From positions 10,241 through 74,240 of the IMG/VR virus record IMGVR_UViG_3300029822_000004: 64,000 bases of DNA; one strand, 5' to 3'. Shown here piece after piece: positions 19,196-28,097 of the stretch; within the stretch, counting starts at the first letter, position 1, and each line of letters begins with the position of its first letter. Under the pieces are notes generated by a model, which did not search any database, was not told the origin of the DNA, and worked only from the letters and a program-made list of their open reading frames with translations. Position numbers and translations under genes: made by a program. Source of the stretch: a virus.

Positions 19196-20412
19196 AGTTT
19201 GCCCTACCACAAACTCAACTCAAAGAACGCATATCAAATTGTGAGGCTTGCGGACTCAACAAATCCTCTAAAATACCCGTTTATGGCTCTGGTGGTATGG
19301 GATTATTGATCGTGTTCGATGGCCAAGACTCGCTTCAGCAACAAGTGAAATCATTTGGTATTGGCTTTAGATTTGAGTTTGTGCGCAGGGCATTGAAGGA
19401 ATTAGGTATTGACATAACGCATGATTGCTGGGTCACGTCGCTGATACAATGCTACAGCAACGACTACACCAATCAGCAAGGGTCGTACTGTCTGGCCAAT
19501 CTACACAATGCTCTTGATACACTAAAGCCAAAAGTCGTGCTGTTCTTTGGTGAAGCGTGTCCGAGGGCCGTACTAAAAGACACCATCAAGGGCATTTATC
19601 TGGATATGGTTCGGGGCATTGTTCACAACTCGCGGATGTTCGGTTGCAGGATGGTCTTTACACTGTCACCCTTTCATCCGGCCAGTCAATCAGAAGAGGC
19701 GGTTATCAAAGTCATTCACCGTGATATTGCCATAGCCGCGAACTGTCTTGCGAGGCCATATAAGCAATACAAGGCAGAAGAGGGCTGTATTGAGCTAATG
19801 AACCCCCGTAATGCGGCGCTGTGGCTCGAACGTGAGGCCGGCCATACTCAAACACGGTGGCAGGCCTTCGACTATGAAACGAACAGTTTAAGGCCCTATA
19901 ATGACACGGCTGAGTTAGTGTCCTGCGCCATAGCCGACACGCCAGATCACGTTGTATCCTTCATGATTGACGATGTTACCACCGGGCCACTAAAACGCTG
20001 GCTGACATCACGGCATATAAAGAAAATTGCACACAACACGGCATTTGAGAGGGCGTGGTCAATCGTCAAGCTCGGTGTGGCTCCAGAGATGCTTATTGCT
20101 GACACGATGCTGTTATTTCACGCCATGGACAACCGCAAGGACAAGGTACGGTCAATCAAGTTCCTGGGGCCGATGCTCACGGGCTGTCAAATATGGAATG
20201 AGCATATTGAGGGATACCTTGAGGGTGACGCGGAGGGCAGCTATGGCATTAACAAGGTCAGGCAGATACCACAACGACAACTGCTGATATACAACGCCAT
20301 GGATTCGCTGATTGAGTTTCGGGTATTCGATGTGCTGACGGAGCAACTTAAGGACTACAAGAAGACATTCGCGCTGGCAAAGGAGCTGAAAAAAGAAAGG
20401 GATCAACAATGA
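19192..20412 (+). CDS. Family-4 UDG-like domain plus 3'-5' proofreading exonuclease (N-terminal part of a split PolA)
   Basis: CEACGL..VYGSG..DCWVTSLIQC..LKPKVVLFFG..FHPA; exonuclease motifs AFDYET, HNTAFE, YNAMD. Confidence 0.8.
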   Translation: MKFALPQTQLKERISNCEACGLNKSSKIPVYGSGGMGLLIVFDGQDSLQQQVKSFGIGFRFEFVRRALKELGIDITHDCWVTSLIQCYSNDYTNQQGSYCLANLHNALDTLKPKVVLFFGEACPRAVLKDTIKGIYLDMVRGIVHNSRMFGCRMVFTLSPFHPASQSEEAVIKVIHRDIAIAANCLARPYKQYKAEEGCIELMNPRNAALWLEREAGHTQTRWQAFDYETNSLRPYNDTAELVSCAIADTPDHVVSFMIDDVTTGPLKRWLTSRHIKKIAHNTAFERAWSIVKLGVAPEMLIADTMLLFHAMDNRKDKVRSIKFLGPMLTGCQIWNEHIEGYLEGDAEGSYGINKVRQIPQRQLLIYNAMDSLIEFRVFDVLTEQLKDYKKTFALAKELKKERDQQ

Positions 20413-20630
20413 GCAGTAACGACTTTAAGCAGGGCGATATTGTACAGGTCACGAACATCCATCATCCGTGGTTTCCTGCCTTGTTGGTTGTACAGCACAC
20501 TACAGAGGACACAATATCTGCAAATGCGGTGATCCCAACCAATGACGGCGTTCAATATGCACCAATCCAGCTATCAGACTATATGGGCTGCAAGTATGTT
20601 GGGCGGTCTTACATTTACTTGGAGAAATGA
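20409..20630 (+). CDS. Hypothetical protein
   Basis: ATGA overlap; FKQGDIVQV. Confidence 0.6.
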   Translation: MSSNDFKQGDIVQVTNIHHPWFPALLVVQHTTEDTISANAVIPTNDGVQYAPIQLSDYMGCKYVGRSYIYLEK

Positions 20631-20642
20631 AAGGATAACATC

Positions 20643-21134
20643 ATGCCAAAAGAAATCACAATCCAAAAAGATACGTATTATAGCTGCAAACATTGTAAGG
20701 CACTATTCGAACATTTTACGGATGCTGTAGAACACGAAAAACGCTACCACAGCGCAGAAATTTGGCACACAGAACCAATGCCAAAATATTTTATTGGTGA
20801 TCTTATCGGCTTTGGTGGACATATGTACATCATAAGAGACCTTGAGCTATGCCAGAACACCAACATGAATCTTTATTCTATTAGTGCTTACCGTGAGTTC
20901 TATACAGGAACAAAGGACGCTGAAGGCCCATTCATGTTTGAAGATAAAACAATCAAGGTATATGAAGATGACATCACCGGAAGGATTAACAAGGGCAAGC
21001 TGCTTGAGGTCACGAGAAGGTTACTTAAAGTATACCCCTTTACGCAGGCAAAGGTTCAGGTCATGTCGGGATATGGTGATACGACACTCACGGAACTTCT
21101 TCCAGTAATAAACCTTGGATTGGGGAACGAATGA
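20643..21134 (+). CDS. Hypothetical protein with N-terminal C2H2-like finger
   Basis: YSCKHCKALF....AVEHEKRYH. Confidence 0.6.
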   Translation: MPKEITIQKDTYYSCKHCKALFEHFTDAVEHEKRYHSAEIWHTEPMPKYFIGDLIGFGGHMYIIRDLELCQNTNMNLYSISAYREFYTGTKDAEGPFMFEDKTIKVYEDDITGRINKGKLLEVTRRLLKVYPFTQAKVQVMSGYGDTTLTELLPVINLGLGNE

Positions 21135-21490
21135 TGACCATAGGAAAGCTAATCAAAGAACAACGTGAATGGCTGAACACTAATGGCGAGTTTTCTATCC
21201 GAAAGGTCGCCAAGCGGTGCGGATTCAGCGCTACCTATTTGAGCAAGATTGAGCGGGGTGTAGAAAATTGCCCCACCATGAAAGTAATCAGCGCACTGGC
21301 AGAAGACTTACAGATGAAGGAAGATGAACTCTGTCAGGCGGCTGGACGATTGCCAGACCATCAAGTAGAGTGGTTGGCATCAAAACAAACCCTGCTCATT
21401 GGTCTGCTGACGTATGGTTTGTATCTAACTGACAAAGAATTGGAAAAGATAAACAACTATGCACTAAATCTCTTGAGAGAAAGGGAGTGA
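21131..21490 (+). CDS. XRE-family HTH regulator
   Basis: SIRKVAKRCGFSATYLSKIERG..P. Confidence 0.85.
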   Translation: MMTIGKLIKEQREWLNTNGEFSIRKVAKRCGFSATYLSKIERGVENCPTMKVISALAEDLQMKEDELCQAAGRLPDHQVEWLASKQTLLIGLLTYGLYLTDKELEKINNYALNLLRERE

Positions 21491-21491
21491 T

Positions 21492-22862
21492 GTGTTAACG
21501 CCCACTACGTCTGATGCGTTCAAGTTACTCATGCGCGGTGAACAGGCCCTTACCGCCATGAGCATAAACGGCATGAAGATTGACCGTGACTACTATGCAG
21601 GTCTTGAACCAGAAATCATAAATGAAGCGGCAAAGTTGGAAAATGCAATACTTAACAGCACCGAGATTGGTTCCGTATGGTCTGGCATGTTCTCGACGGC
21701 TGCCAATCTTGACTCTACTGACCAACTCAAAAAGGTGCTGCTGTCCACGGGCTTTGATAGATTCAAGACAACGGAAAAGGGCGGGTTAAGTGCAGATAAG
21801 GAAGTCATTGCAAAACTCCCTTACGAATTCTCAAGTCGCTATCTCAAGTATAAACAGCTCAAGAAAGCGTGGGGGAGCATCATTCAGCCCATGCTTCGTG
21901 AGTGTGATGACAAGGGCTTCATTCACCCATTGTTCAATCTCCACACCGTATCGACCTACAGAAGCTCCGGTAGTGACCCCAATCTCCAGCAGGTAAGCAA
22001 ACACGACAAGCTGATGAAGCGTTTGGTGCGTACTGGCTGCATACCACGGACACCAGACAGGCAGTTGCTGGAGATTGACCTAAAATCGAATGAAGTGTCG
22101 GTTGGTTGTTGCCTGCACAAAGACAAGCAGATGCTCAAATTTCTGCAAGACCCCGATGCCGACATGCATGAAACAGTAGCAAAGAAATACTACAGATTGA
22201 GAGCGGACGAATTCACACGGGACTTGCGAACATCTGTAAAGGGCCGGATTGTCTTTGCGTCGTTTTATGGTGCTGGATACGAGAGCATGGCGAACAGCCT
22301 CTGGGAGTACATAACCGAAGAGAATCCCAAACTGGCTACGGGCGAGGAGCTGAAGATACATATGCAGCGCCTTGGTCTTAACAGCTTTGAGGATTGCAAG
22401 ACGTATACCGAGAAGTTCTATGATTGGTACTGGCACACGCTGTTCAAGGATTATGACCAATGGAAAACCGACATTTGGGATCATTATACAAAAGTCGGCT
22501 ATGTTGATTTGCCTACGGGCTTCAGGGCAGTAAGCGCCATTGGCAAGACGCAGCTAATCAACTTGCCAATACAGGGTGCGGCTTTTCATGTGCTGCTGGC
22601 TACCGCGATTGGCCTTGTAAACCGCATGAAGCACTATAAGCTAAAGTCGGTCGCCATAGGACAGATTCATGACTCTGTGTTGCTTGATATCGTACCAGAA
22701 GAGCTACAGCAAATCGTTGAAATGTACATGGACTCGCAGGACGACGTTCGGAAGATGTGGCCTTGGCTGATATACCCTATCGGCGCTGAGGCTGATATAT
22801 CAAAAGTGGGTGGAAACTGGTGTGATATGGAAAGTATTGGTCTTTTACAACGTGCAGCATAA
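21492..22862 (+). CDS. DNA polymerase family A, polymerase domain
   Basis: TYRSSGSDPNLQQ; motif A EIDLKSNE; motif B RTSVKGRIVFASFYG; NLPIQG; motif C QIHDS. Confidence 0.93.
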   Translation: MLTPTTSDAFKLLMRGEQALTAMSINGMKIDRDYYAGLEPEIINEAAKLENAILNSTEIGSVWSGMFSTAANLDSTDQLKKVLLSTGFDRFKTTEKGGLSADKEVIAKLPYEFSSRYLKYKQLKKAWGSIIQPMLRECDDKGFIHPLFNLHTVSTYRSSGSDPNLQQVSKHDKLMKRLVRTGCIPRTPDRQLLEIDLKSNEVSVGCCLHKDKQMLKFLQDPDADMHETVAKKYYRLRADEFTRDLRTSVKGRIVFASFYGAGYESMANSLWEYITEENPKLATGEELKIHMQRLGLNSFEDCKTYTEKFYDWYWHTLFKDYDQWKTDIWDHYTKVGYVDLPTGFRAVSAIGKTQLINLPIQGAAFHVLLATAIGLVNRMKHYKLKSVAIGQIHDSVLLDIVPEELQQIVEMYMDSQDDVRKMWPWLIYPIGAEADISKVGGNWCDMESIGLLQRAA

Positions 22863-22871
22863 GGAGTTTTT

Positions 22872-23063
22872 ATGGCAGATATAACGTACTGCGCCAATGT
22901 TGATTGTTTTTTCGCCACGAGGTGCTTTAGAAGCATCATTCACAAAGAGAAGCCGGATAGCCCTTGGATAAGCGTGGCGCTTTTCGGGCCAGATAAGGAT
23001 GGGCATTGTGACAACTTCATTAAACTGATAAAGGAAAGGAACAAACGATGCAAGAAGAATTGA
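22872..23063 (+). CDS. Small Cys-rich protein
   Basis: DITYCANVDC....CFR..C; paralogous to the N-terminus of 23252..23656. Confidence 0.6.
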   Translation: MADITYCANVDCFFATRCFRSIIHKEKPDSPWISVALFGPDKDGHCDNFIKLIKERNKRCKKN

Positions 23064-23520
23064 TTACGGACGCGGCCATGCAATACCACACCATCAATGA
23101 GTACATCAATCATTGTTCGCAAGGACGGCGAATTGACCCTTACAACCGGCGATGAGTTCTTTGATGACGCATTCAGGCTCTTTGCCTCGGCCAGGAATCA
23201 CCTTGCCGTAATTGCCGAGTTTACCCAATACACGGAAGGAGTATGTGAATCATGCAGGCTATGACCGACATGACCTATTGTACCAACGATTCATGCACGA
23301 TTGCCAAAAAATGCCGACGGAATTTTGATAATTACACCGTTGATGATTTTGGGTGCGATAAGCCTTATAGCTTCTGCAACTTTGAACAGGATGGCACTGG
23401 CGATTGCTATATGTACATTGGACCAGGAGAGGAAAAGAAAATGCAAGAAGAGTTGAATGATTGGCTGATTACTGACGCGGCCATGCAGTGCCACACCATC
23501 AATGAGTACATCAATTATTG
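23048..23520 (+). repeat. Imperfect direct repeat of ~70-80 bp (about 23048-23115 and 23441-23520)
   Basis: Shared ATGCAAGAAGA...GACGCGGCCATGCA.T.CCACACCATCAATGAGTACATCAAT.ATTG. Confidence 0.8.
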
Positions 23521-23656
23521 GGCGCGTGTAAGCAAGAGGGCGGCAGCCGATGGTGACTACAATTTACAGAATAGCGCGGCAGCCATCATCACTGGACTAT
23601 CTCGGGCAGCCTATGCGCTTGATGAAGTGTTTGACAAGAAGGATGAAGTAAAATGA
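23252..23656 (+). CDS. Hypothetical protein with Cys-rich N-terminal domain
   Basis: DMTYCTNDSC....CRR; AAGGAG RBS. Confidence 0.6.
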   Translation: MQAMTDMTYCTNDSCTIAKKCRRNFDNYTVDDFGCDKPYSFCNFEQDGTGDCYMYIGPGEEKKMQEELNDWLITDAAMQCHTINEYINYWARVSKRAAADGDYNLQNSAAAIITGLSRAAYALDEVFDKKDEVK

Positions 23657-23859
23657 TGTACGAAGGAAAGAGATATATAAATTGCACAGAATGCTTTTAT
23701 TGCGGGGTATTGCTGCACAGTGGTATTGTGTGCTTGCATGAAAAAGCCAGATTAGAAAATGGGAACAAACGCAAGCGGGTGTTTAAGACATATTTTGAAA
23801 TGCGTAATCCGCGTGGCGACTGTGGATTGGAAGCAAAGCTATTCGAGGTGCCAAAATGA
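23653..23859 (+). CDS. Small Cys-rich protein
   Basis: CTECFYC..CLH..CGLEAKLFE. Confidence 0.55.
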   Translation: MMYEGKRYINCTECFYCGVLLHSGIVCLHEKARLENGNKRKRVFKTYFEMRNPRGDCGLEAKLFEVPK

Positions 23860-24066
23860 GTGAGCAAACACCGATGGAAGCAAAGGACAAAGGCAATGAA
23901 CAAAAATGACGAAAAACAATCCTATGAGAGCAGGGCCGGCAAAAAGCTCAACGACTCAATGCACAACCTTGTGCTCAGTGTTATCTGTCTGCTGGTTGTA
24001 TTCATGGCCCTTGTAGTATATAGATCAATCCAAGCCCTGTCGTTTATCTCAAACACCACACCTTAA
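23860..24066 (+). CDS. Small membrane protein
   Basis: LVLSVICLLVVFMALVVY. Confidence 0.5.
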   Translation: MSKHRWKQRTKAMNKNDEKQSYESRAGKKLNDSMHNLVLSVICLLVVFMALVVYRSIQALSFISNTTP

Positions 24067-24076
24067 CGGAGAAATC

Positions 24077-25039
24077 ATGTCACTCTATACCGACTACCGC
24101 CCACAATCGTTCGATGATGTCTTTGGCCAAGATGAGGCCGTGAAGCTGATGAAGGCCATACTTAAGCAGCCACACAAAGACCGCCCGAAGGTATTCTTGA
24201 TGGAAGGCCCTGCCGGATGTGGAAAAACCACCATGGCCATGCTCTTTGCAAACGCCATAGGTTGTGATACGTCCATCGCAGGTCTGGACTTTCAGGTCCT
24301 GGACTCCAGCAAAGATCGGGGCATTGACAACATCAGGGCCATTGCGGATGTCATGGGTGCTCGTCCTATGGCAAAGGACTGTGATGGGCGAGTGTGGCTT
24401 TTTGATGAGGCGCATAGCCTGCTCAAAGCATCACAAGAAGCCATGCTCAAAATCTGCGAGGATGTGCCACCAAGTACATACATCTTTATTGCCACCACCG
24501 AACCGCAGGCGTTGGGGAAGGCTCTGAAAACACGATGCAAGACCATAGCCATCAAGCCCATGACCCTCGCTGCGGCTTATCACACAATCCTTAATGTCGC
24601 TAATCGTGCTGGCATTGCCATTACTGAAGACGCCGCTAAGGCCATGGCGTCAAAGTGTGATGGCTCTGCGCGGATTGCTATACAAATACTTGAGAACTAC
24701 ATGCTCAATGGCGGCGATGTTGAAAAGGCCATCAGCATGCAGATAGGTCAAGGGGCGAAGCTGGAGGCTGATACACGAACCCTGTGTTACCATATCGCAA
24801 GAGGTACTGTCAAGTGGGATACTATGGTCGTGCCTTTCTGTAAAAACTACACGGGTCAGGCTGAGATGGTGCGCCTCGCTGTACTTGGATATTTGAAAGC
24901 GTGCATGCTCGGAACGGAGGATGCTCCACGCCGCAAGCGCCTAATCGGCTTGATGGAGTGCTTCATGCAACCATACTTCGGCGGCGGTACAGATGCGTGC
25001 CTCGTATACAGCCTTGCTTGCGCATGCGACATCCAATAA
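24077..25039 (+). CDS. DnaX-like (gamma/tau) clamp loader AAA+ ATPase
   Basis: LYTDYRPQSFDDVFGQ, GPAGCGKTT, LFDEAH, ATTEP..LKTRC. Confidence 0.9.
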   Translation: MSLYTDYRPQSFDDVFGQDEAVKLMKAILKQPHKDRPKVFLMEGPAGCGKTTMAMLFANAIGCDTSIAGLDFQVLDSSKDRGIDNIRAIADVMGARPMAKDCDGRVWLFDEAHSLLKASQEAMLKICEDVPPSTYIFIATTEPQALGKALKTRCKTIAIKPMTLAAAYHTILNVANRAGIAITEDAAKAMASKCDGSARIAIQILENYMLNGGDVEKAISMQIGQGAKLEADTRTLCYHIARGTVKWDTMVVPFCKNYTGQAEMVRLAVLGYLKACMLGTEDAPRRKRLIGLMECFMQPYFGGGTDACLVYSLACACDIQ

Positions 25040-25365
25040 CCATCACCAGCTCATATGAGGATATTCAAGAAGCCATGCCAGAGATGTACTTGACCGAGGT
25101 AATACGCTTCATAGTCATTACATCCGAGGACATACTGCTTGAATATCCGCACAAGCTCTTGCCCTATGAAAAAAGAATGCTGAAGCGCTTGGCTGGTAAA
25201 AGCATAAAATGGGCAATGGGCAGGAATAAGGACATAGGTCAATGCCGGCGCAGAATAGGCGCTATTTTAAGCGACGTGTTGTTAGTCGTGCAGAGGCTCC
25301 CGCAGGCAGCAAAAGCCGTCATAAACGCCAATTTAAGCGAAACGGCAATAGACCATGAATTGTAA
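25024..25365 (+). CDS. Hypothetical protein
   Basis: ORF filling the gap after the clamp loader; start uncertain. Confidence 0.45.
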   Translation: MRHPITITSSYEDIQEAMPEMYLTEVIRFIVITSEDILLEYPHKLLPYEKRMLKRLAGKSIKWAMGRNKDIGQCRRRIGAILSDVLLVVQRLPQAAKAVINANLSETAIDHEL

Positions 25366-25404
25366 ATAAAACTACCAAAAACGCTATAAAACAACCAAAA
25401 GCGT

Positions 25405-25432
25405 TTGACTTTTACCCTTTGTGTGCTATAGT
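25405..25432 (+). promoter_or_regulatory. Conserved phage promoter TTGACT-N16-TATAGT
   Basis: Intergenic; TGTGTGCTATAGTATT. Confidence 0.75.
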
Positions 25433-25490
25433 ATTTAACAGTCGCCAAACAAGCGACAAGCCCAGTAGACACCACCGAAAGGAGATCATC

Positions 25491-25829
25491 ATGGACAAGC
25501 AGACACGGACACTTCTAATTGATGCGCAACTGAAACTCGCTGATGCCGTGCATGCCGCGTGTATTGCAGGCGTGCAATCCGACATGGCTAAGCACAGCGC
25601 CCGTCTTAATCTCTACAAGGAGAAGGAAGCAGGTCGAAAGATTACCGAAGAGGCCATCCGCAGCGAGGCATTCGTTCTCTGCGGTGAAAAGTTGCTTGCT
25701 GCACAAAAAGCATCAGCAGAGCTAGAAATTGCCCGTGCGTACTTCAAGACCGCGTTGGCGATTGCGCAAGGTACTGGCCTATGTACCTGCGAAAGTGACC
25801 CCGAACCATCCACCGACACCGAAATCTGA
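25491..25829 (+). CDS. Hypothetical helical protein
   Basis: AAGGAG RBS; KITEEAIRSE. Confidence 0.6.
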   Translation: MDKQTRTLLIDAQLKLADAVHAACIAGVQSDMAKHSARLNLYKEKEAGRKITEEAIRSEAFVLCGEKLLAAQKASAELEIARAYFKTALAIAQGTGLCTCESDPEPSTDTEI

Positions 25830-25840
25830 AAGGGCTGATT

Positions 25841-27007
25841 ATGTACAACATTGAAAAACTCCGAGCCAGACGCGCTGCACGCCTTGCCGATACCCGAAGT
25901 GCGGCAGAGGGCAATGATTTTGAGATACTTAACACCACCTTTCTGCCGCAGGGTGTGAATCTGTGGTTCCCAGCCGAACAGTGCCAGGTGATGATGCGCG
26001 TGGTGCAGTTCGAGGTTACGCAGAAGAACAACATCGACAACAACGAGATTGGCGATTATGTGGCTGCCCGCTCGTATTACCTGCATCGCCTGCCTGGCCG
26101 GAAAAAGCCGTTCATCTGCCCATCCACCTATGGCAAGCCCTGTCCCGTGTGTGAGCGCTTCTATTCATTCAGCAAAGAAGAGCGCGGAAACTTCAAGGGG
26201 CCGGCCAACGCGTTCAAACCACGTCAGATGGTTGTATTCAACGCTCTGTGCAAGATTGCCAGCGAGGACGGCACTACCAAGACAGTGATGCGCGTTGTTC
26301 GTGGTGGCCATTTCAGTACCTACGGCAAGATTCTCGAGGCTGTAAAAAATACCGCCACGTTCAATCCCAAGCGCGCCGATGATATCTTCCAGTTTGAGGA
26401 CTTGGAACTGGGCTACTGGCTGCAAGTTGGGTTTGCCAAGGCCGCATCTATCTCTGGCGCTGGTGGCACGCCCTTTATGCAGATCGTGGTATGCAATCCC
26501 ATGTGGCAGGAGCAGCGTGTGGCCATCAGCGAAAAGGTATGGGCGAAAGTGACCGACCTTGATCGCCTTATCCCGCAAGCACCGTCCATTGCTGAAATCA
26601 ATGAGATGCTTGGGGATGGTGTCAGCGACTTCTCAAAAGAGGTCGAGGATGGCGGTGATGATCTCGGTGATGACTTCTCTGATAATGTGAAGGGCATTGC
26701 TCCTGCTGTCGTAGACCCTGCACCAGCACCCGCCCCAGCACCCGCCCCAGCACCCGCCCCGGCTCCAAAAGATGGTGACGACATTGCGGACGACGATGTA
26801 CAGACAGTAACCGCCCCGCCAGAGGATGACTTTGGCGATATCGGTGCTGAGACTGTTCCTACAGACGCCGTTCCCGTATCTGATTTCGAGCAGTCGGTAC
26901 CAGCCGCACCAAAGTCCGCACCAAAGTCCGCACCGAAGCCCGTGGCACCTAAGCCAGCTCCGGCATCCACGCTTGGCGCTGATGACTTTGACTCATTCGA
27001 TTTCTAG
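25841..27007 (+). CDS. Single-stranded DNA-binding protein (gp32-like)
   Basis: YYLH...FICPSTYGKPCPVCE zinc motif; long acidic, Pro/Ala-rich tail ending DDFDSFDF. Confidence 0.75.
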   Translation: MYNIEKLRARRAARLADTRSAAEGNDFEILNTTFLPQGVNLWFPAEQCQVMMRVVQFEVTQKNNIDNNEIGDYVAARSYYLHRLPGRKKPFICPSTYGKPCPVCERFYSFSKEERGNFKGPANAFKPRQMVVFNALCKIASEDGTTKTVMRVVRGGHFSTYGKILEAVKNTATFNPKRADDIFQFEDLELGYWLQVGFAKAASISGAGGTPFMQIVVCNPMWQEQRVAISEKVWAKVTDLDRLIPQAPSIAEINEMLGDGVSDFSKEVEDGGDDLGDDFSDNVKGIAPAVVDPAPAPAPAPAPAPAPAPKDGDDIADDDVQTVTAPPEDDFGDIGAETVPTDAVPVSDFEQSVPAAPKSAPKSAPKPVAPKPAPASTLGADDFDSFDF

Positions 27008-27015
27008 TAACTGGT

Positions 27016-27045
27016 GGTGGCCGGTGTAGTGATATGCCGGCCACC
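27016..27045 (+). terminator. GC-rich hairpin after SSB gene (terminator or processing site)
   Basis: GGTGGCCGG...CCGGCCACC; U tract is weak. Confidence 0.5.
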
Positions 27046-27052
27046 TGAATTT

Positions 27053-27302
27053 GATGTTATAGAAAGGTGGGCTTAGAAGTAGCCATCCTATAATGAGCAG
27101 GAAGAACTACCATTGGCGCTAAAAGGTCACTACTATCTAGGACAGCATATAATCTCTAGAAAGAGGATAAGGGCTGTCTGCAAGGTGGCTATGACTGATG
27201 TGCTGATGGGAAAATAGGAGTAAGTGGAGTTAAAGACTTCCACCCAGGTTAGATAATACTATGGGGTAGTTCCTCTTGGTGTAAAAACACATCTATAACA
27301 TC
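27053..27302 (+). ncRNA. Structured RNA resembling 23S rRNA GTPase-associated centre with a large insertion
   Basis: 11-bp terminal helix GATGTTATAGA/TCTATAACATC; GGTGGGCTTAGAAGTAGCCATCC matches H43; GTGTAAAAACAC hairpin at the H44 position. Confidence 0.75.
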
Positions 27303-27345
27303 TTTTATTCATGCAGGCATCAAACAGCATCATAAATCGCACACT

Positions 27346-27558
27346 ATGATCACACCGAGTAACGTACTGTTGAACTGGATTAACGAGTTGAGTGCAAGGC
27401 GTGATGCACTGATACTCGCAACAGAAAAGATCAGCGACAACGAAAAGCGTATGGAGTCAATGGATGAGGCATATAACATAGGAGGGCAGATAGCCAGAGC
27501 AAAGGACATGCTCGCAGACATAAACAGAGAAATAACAAACCCTAGAGGCTATCGATAG
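27346..27558 (+). CDS. Hypothetical protein
   Basis: 70 aa; helical. Confidence 0.5.
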   Translation: MITPSNVLLNWINELSARRDALILATEKISDNEKRMESMDEAYNIGGQIARAKDMLADINREITNPRGYR

Positions 27559-27567
27559 GAGTAAACC

Positions 27568-27795
27568 ATGGCAAGCCTAAACATAGCAATGACCACCATC
27601 ACCTTCAGGCGCACTAGGCAGGTCAAGGAGTACGAAAGCGCCACCATTGAGATTTCCACCACCGTACCCAAGCACCCAGAAGACGTTTCTGCCGATATTG
27701 AAAAGCTCGAACTGATTGTGGATGCGGAGCTGGACGACTATATCAATAAGCATAAACCAAAAGACATGAGTTGGGAGGTGAATCTAGACGAATGA
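27568..27795 (+). CDS. Hypothetical phage protein
   Basis: AGGAG RBS; RTRQVKEYESATIE. Confidence 0.65.
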   Translation: MASLNIAMTTITFRRTRQVKEYESATIEISTTVPKHPEDVSADIEKLELIVDAELDDYINKHKPKDMSWEVNLDE

Positions 27796-28097
27796 GGATG
27801 CTCAACAAGCTAGCTGAAGCCAACAAGAAGCTGATAGAGATCACGGCAAGCCCCCTAGACGCCAAGATGACGGTAGAGCAAGTGCAGGAAATTGCCGACT
27901 ACAACATGGCCTACCGGTCGTTTTATAGAAAATCAGGACTCACCGAGAAGGCGTGGAGTAAAATCCTCGGCGTCCCTCAGTGCAAGCATCGGGAATATGA
28001 GACTTTCACAACGAAAGTACCTGCTCACACGCTAAATAGGGCTGGAAGAATCGACAGACTCATGAGATCAGTAAGACGAAGGATGAAAGACAAATGA
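27792..28097 (+). CDS. HTH-like protein
   Basis: RKSGLTEKAWSKILGV....REYE. Confidence 0.55.
   Translation: MRMLNKLAEANKKLIEITASPLDAKMTVEQVQEIADYNMAYRSFYRKSGLTEKAWSKILGVPQCKHREYETFTTKVPAHTLNRAGRIDRLMRSVRRRMKDK

Noticed and set aside
19192-22862. Modified-base (dZ or dU) genome system
   Set aside because: No PurZ, dATPase, dUTPase inhibitor or hydroxymethylase genes were recognised.
23048-23520. Diversity-generating retroelement TR/VR pair
   Set aside because: Mismatches include G/T and C/T plus an indel, so they are not adenine-specific, and no reverse transcriptase is present.
26718-26945. 12-bp repeats in the SSB gene as a regulatory array
   Set aside because: They are in-frame PAPA and PKSA linker repeats in the disordered tail.
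27053-27302. Captured host rRNA gene fragment or chimeric assembly
   Set aside because: Similarity is limited to the H43/H44 elements; the closing helix and insert are not rRNA-like yet pair well.
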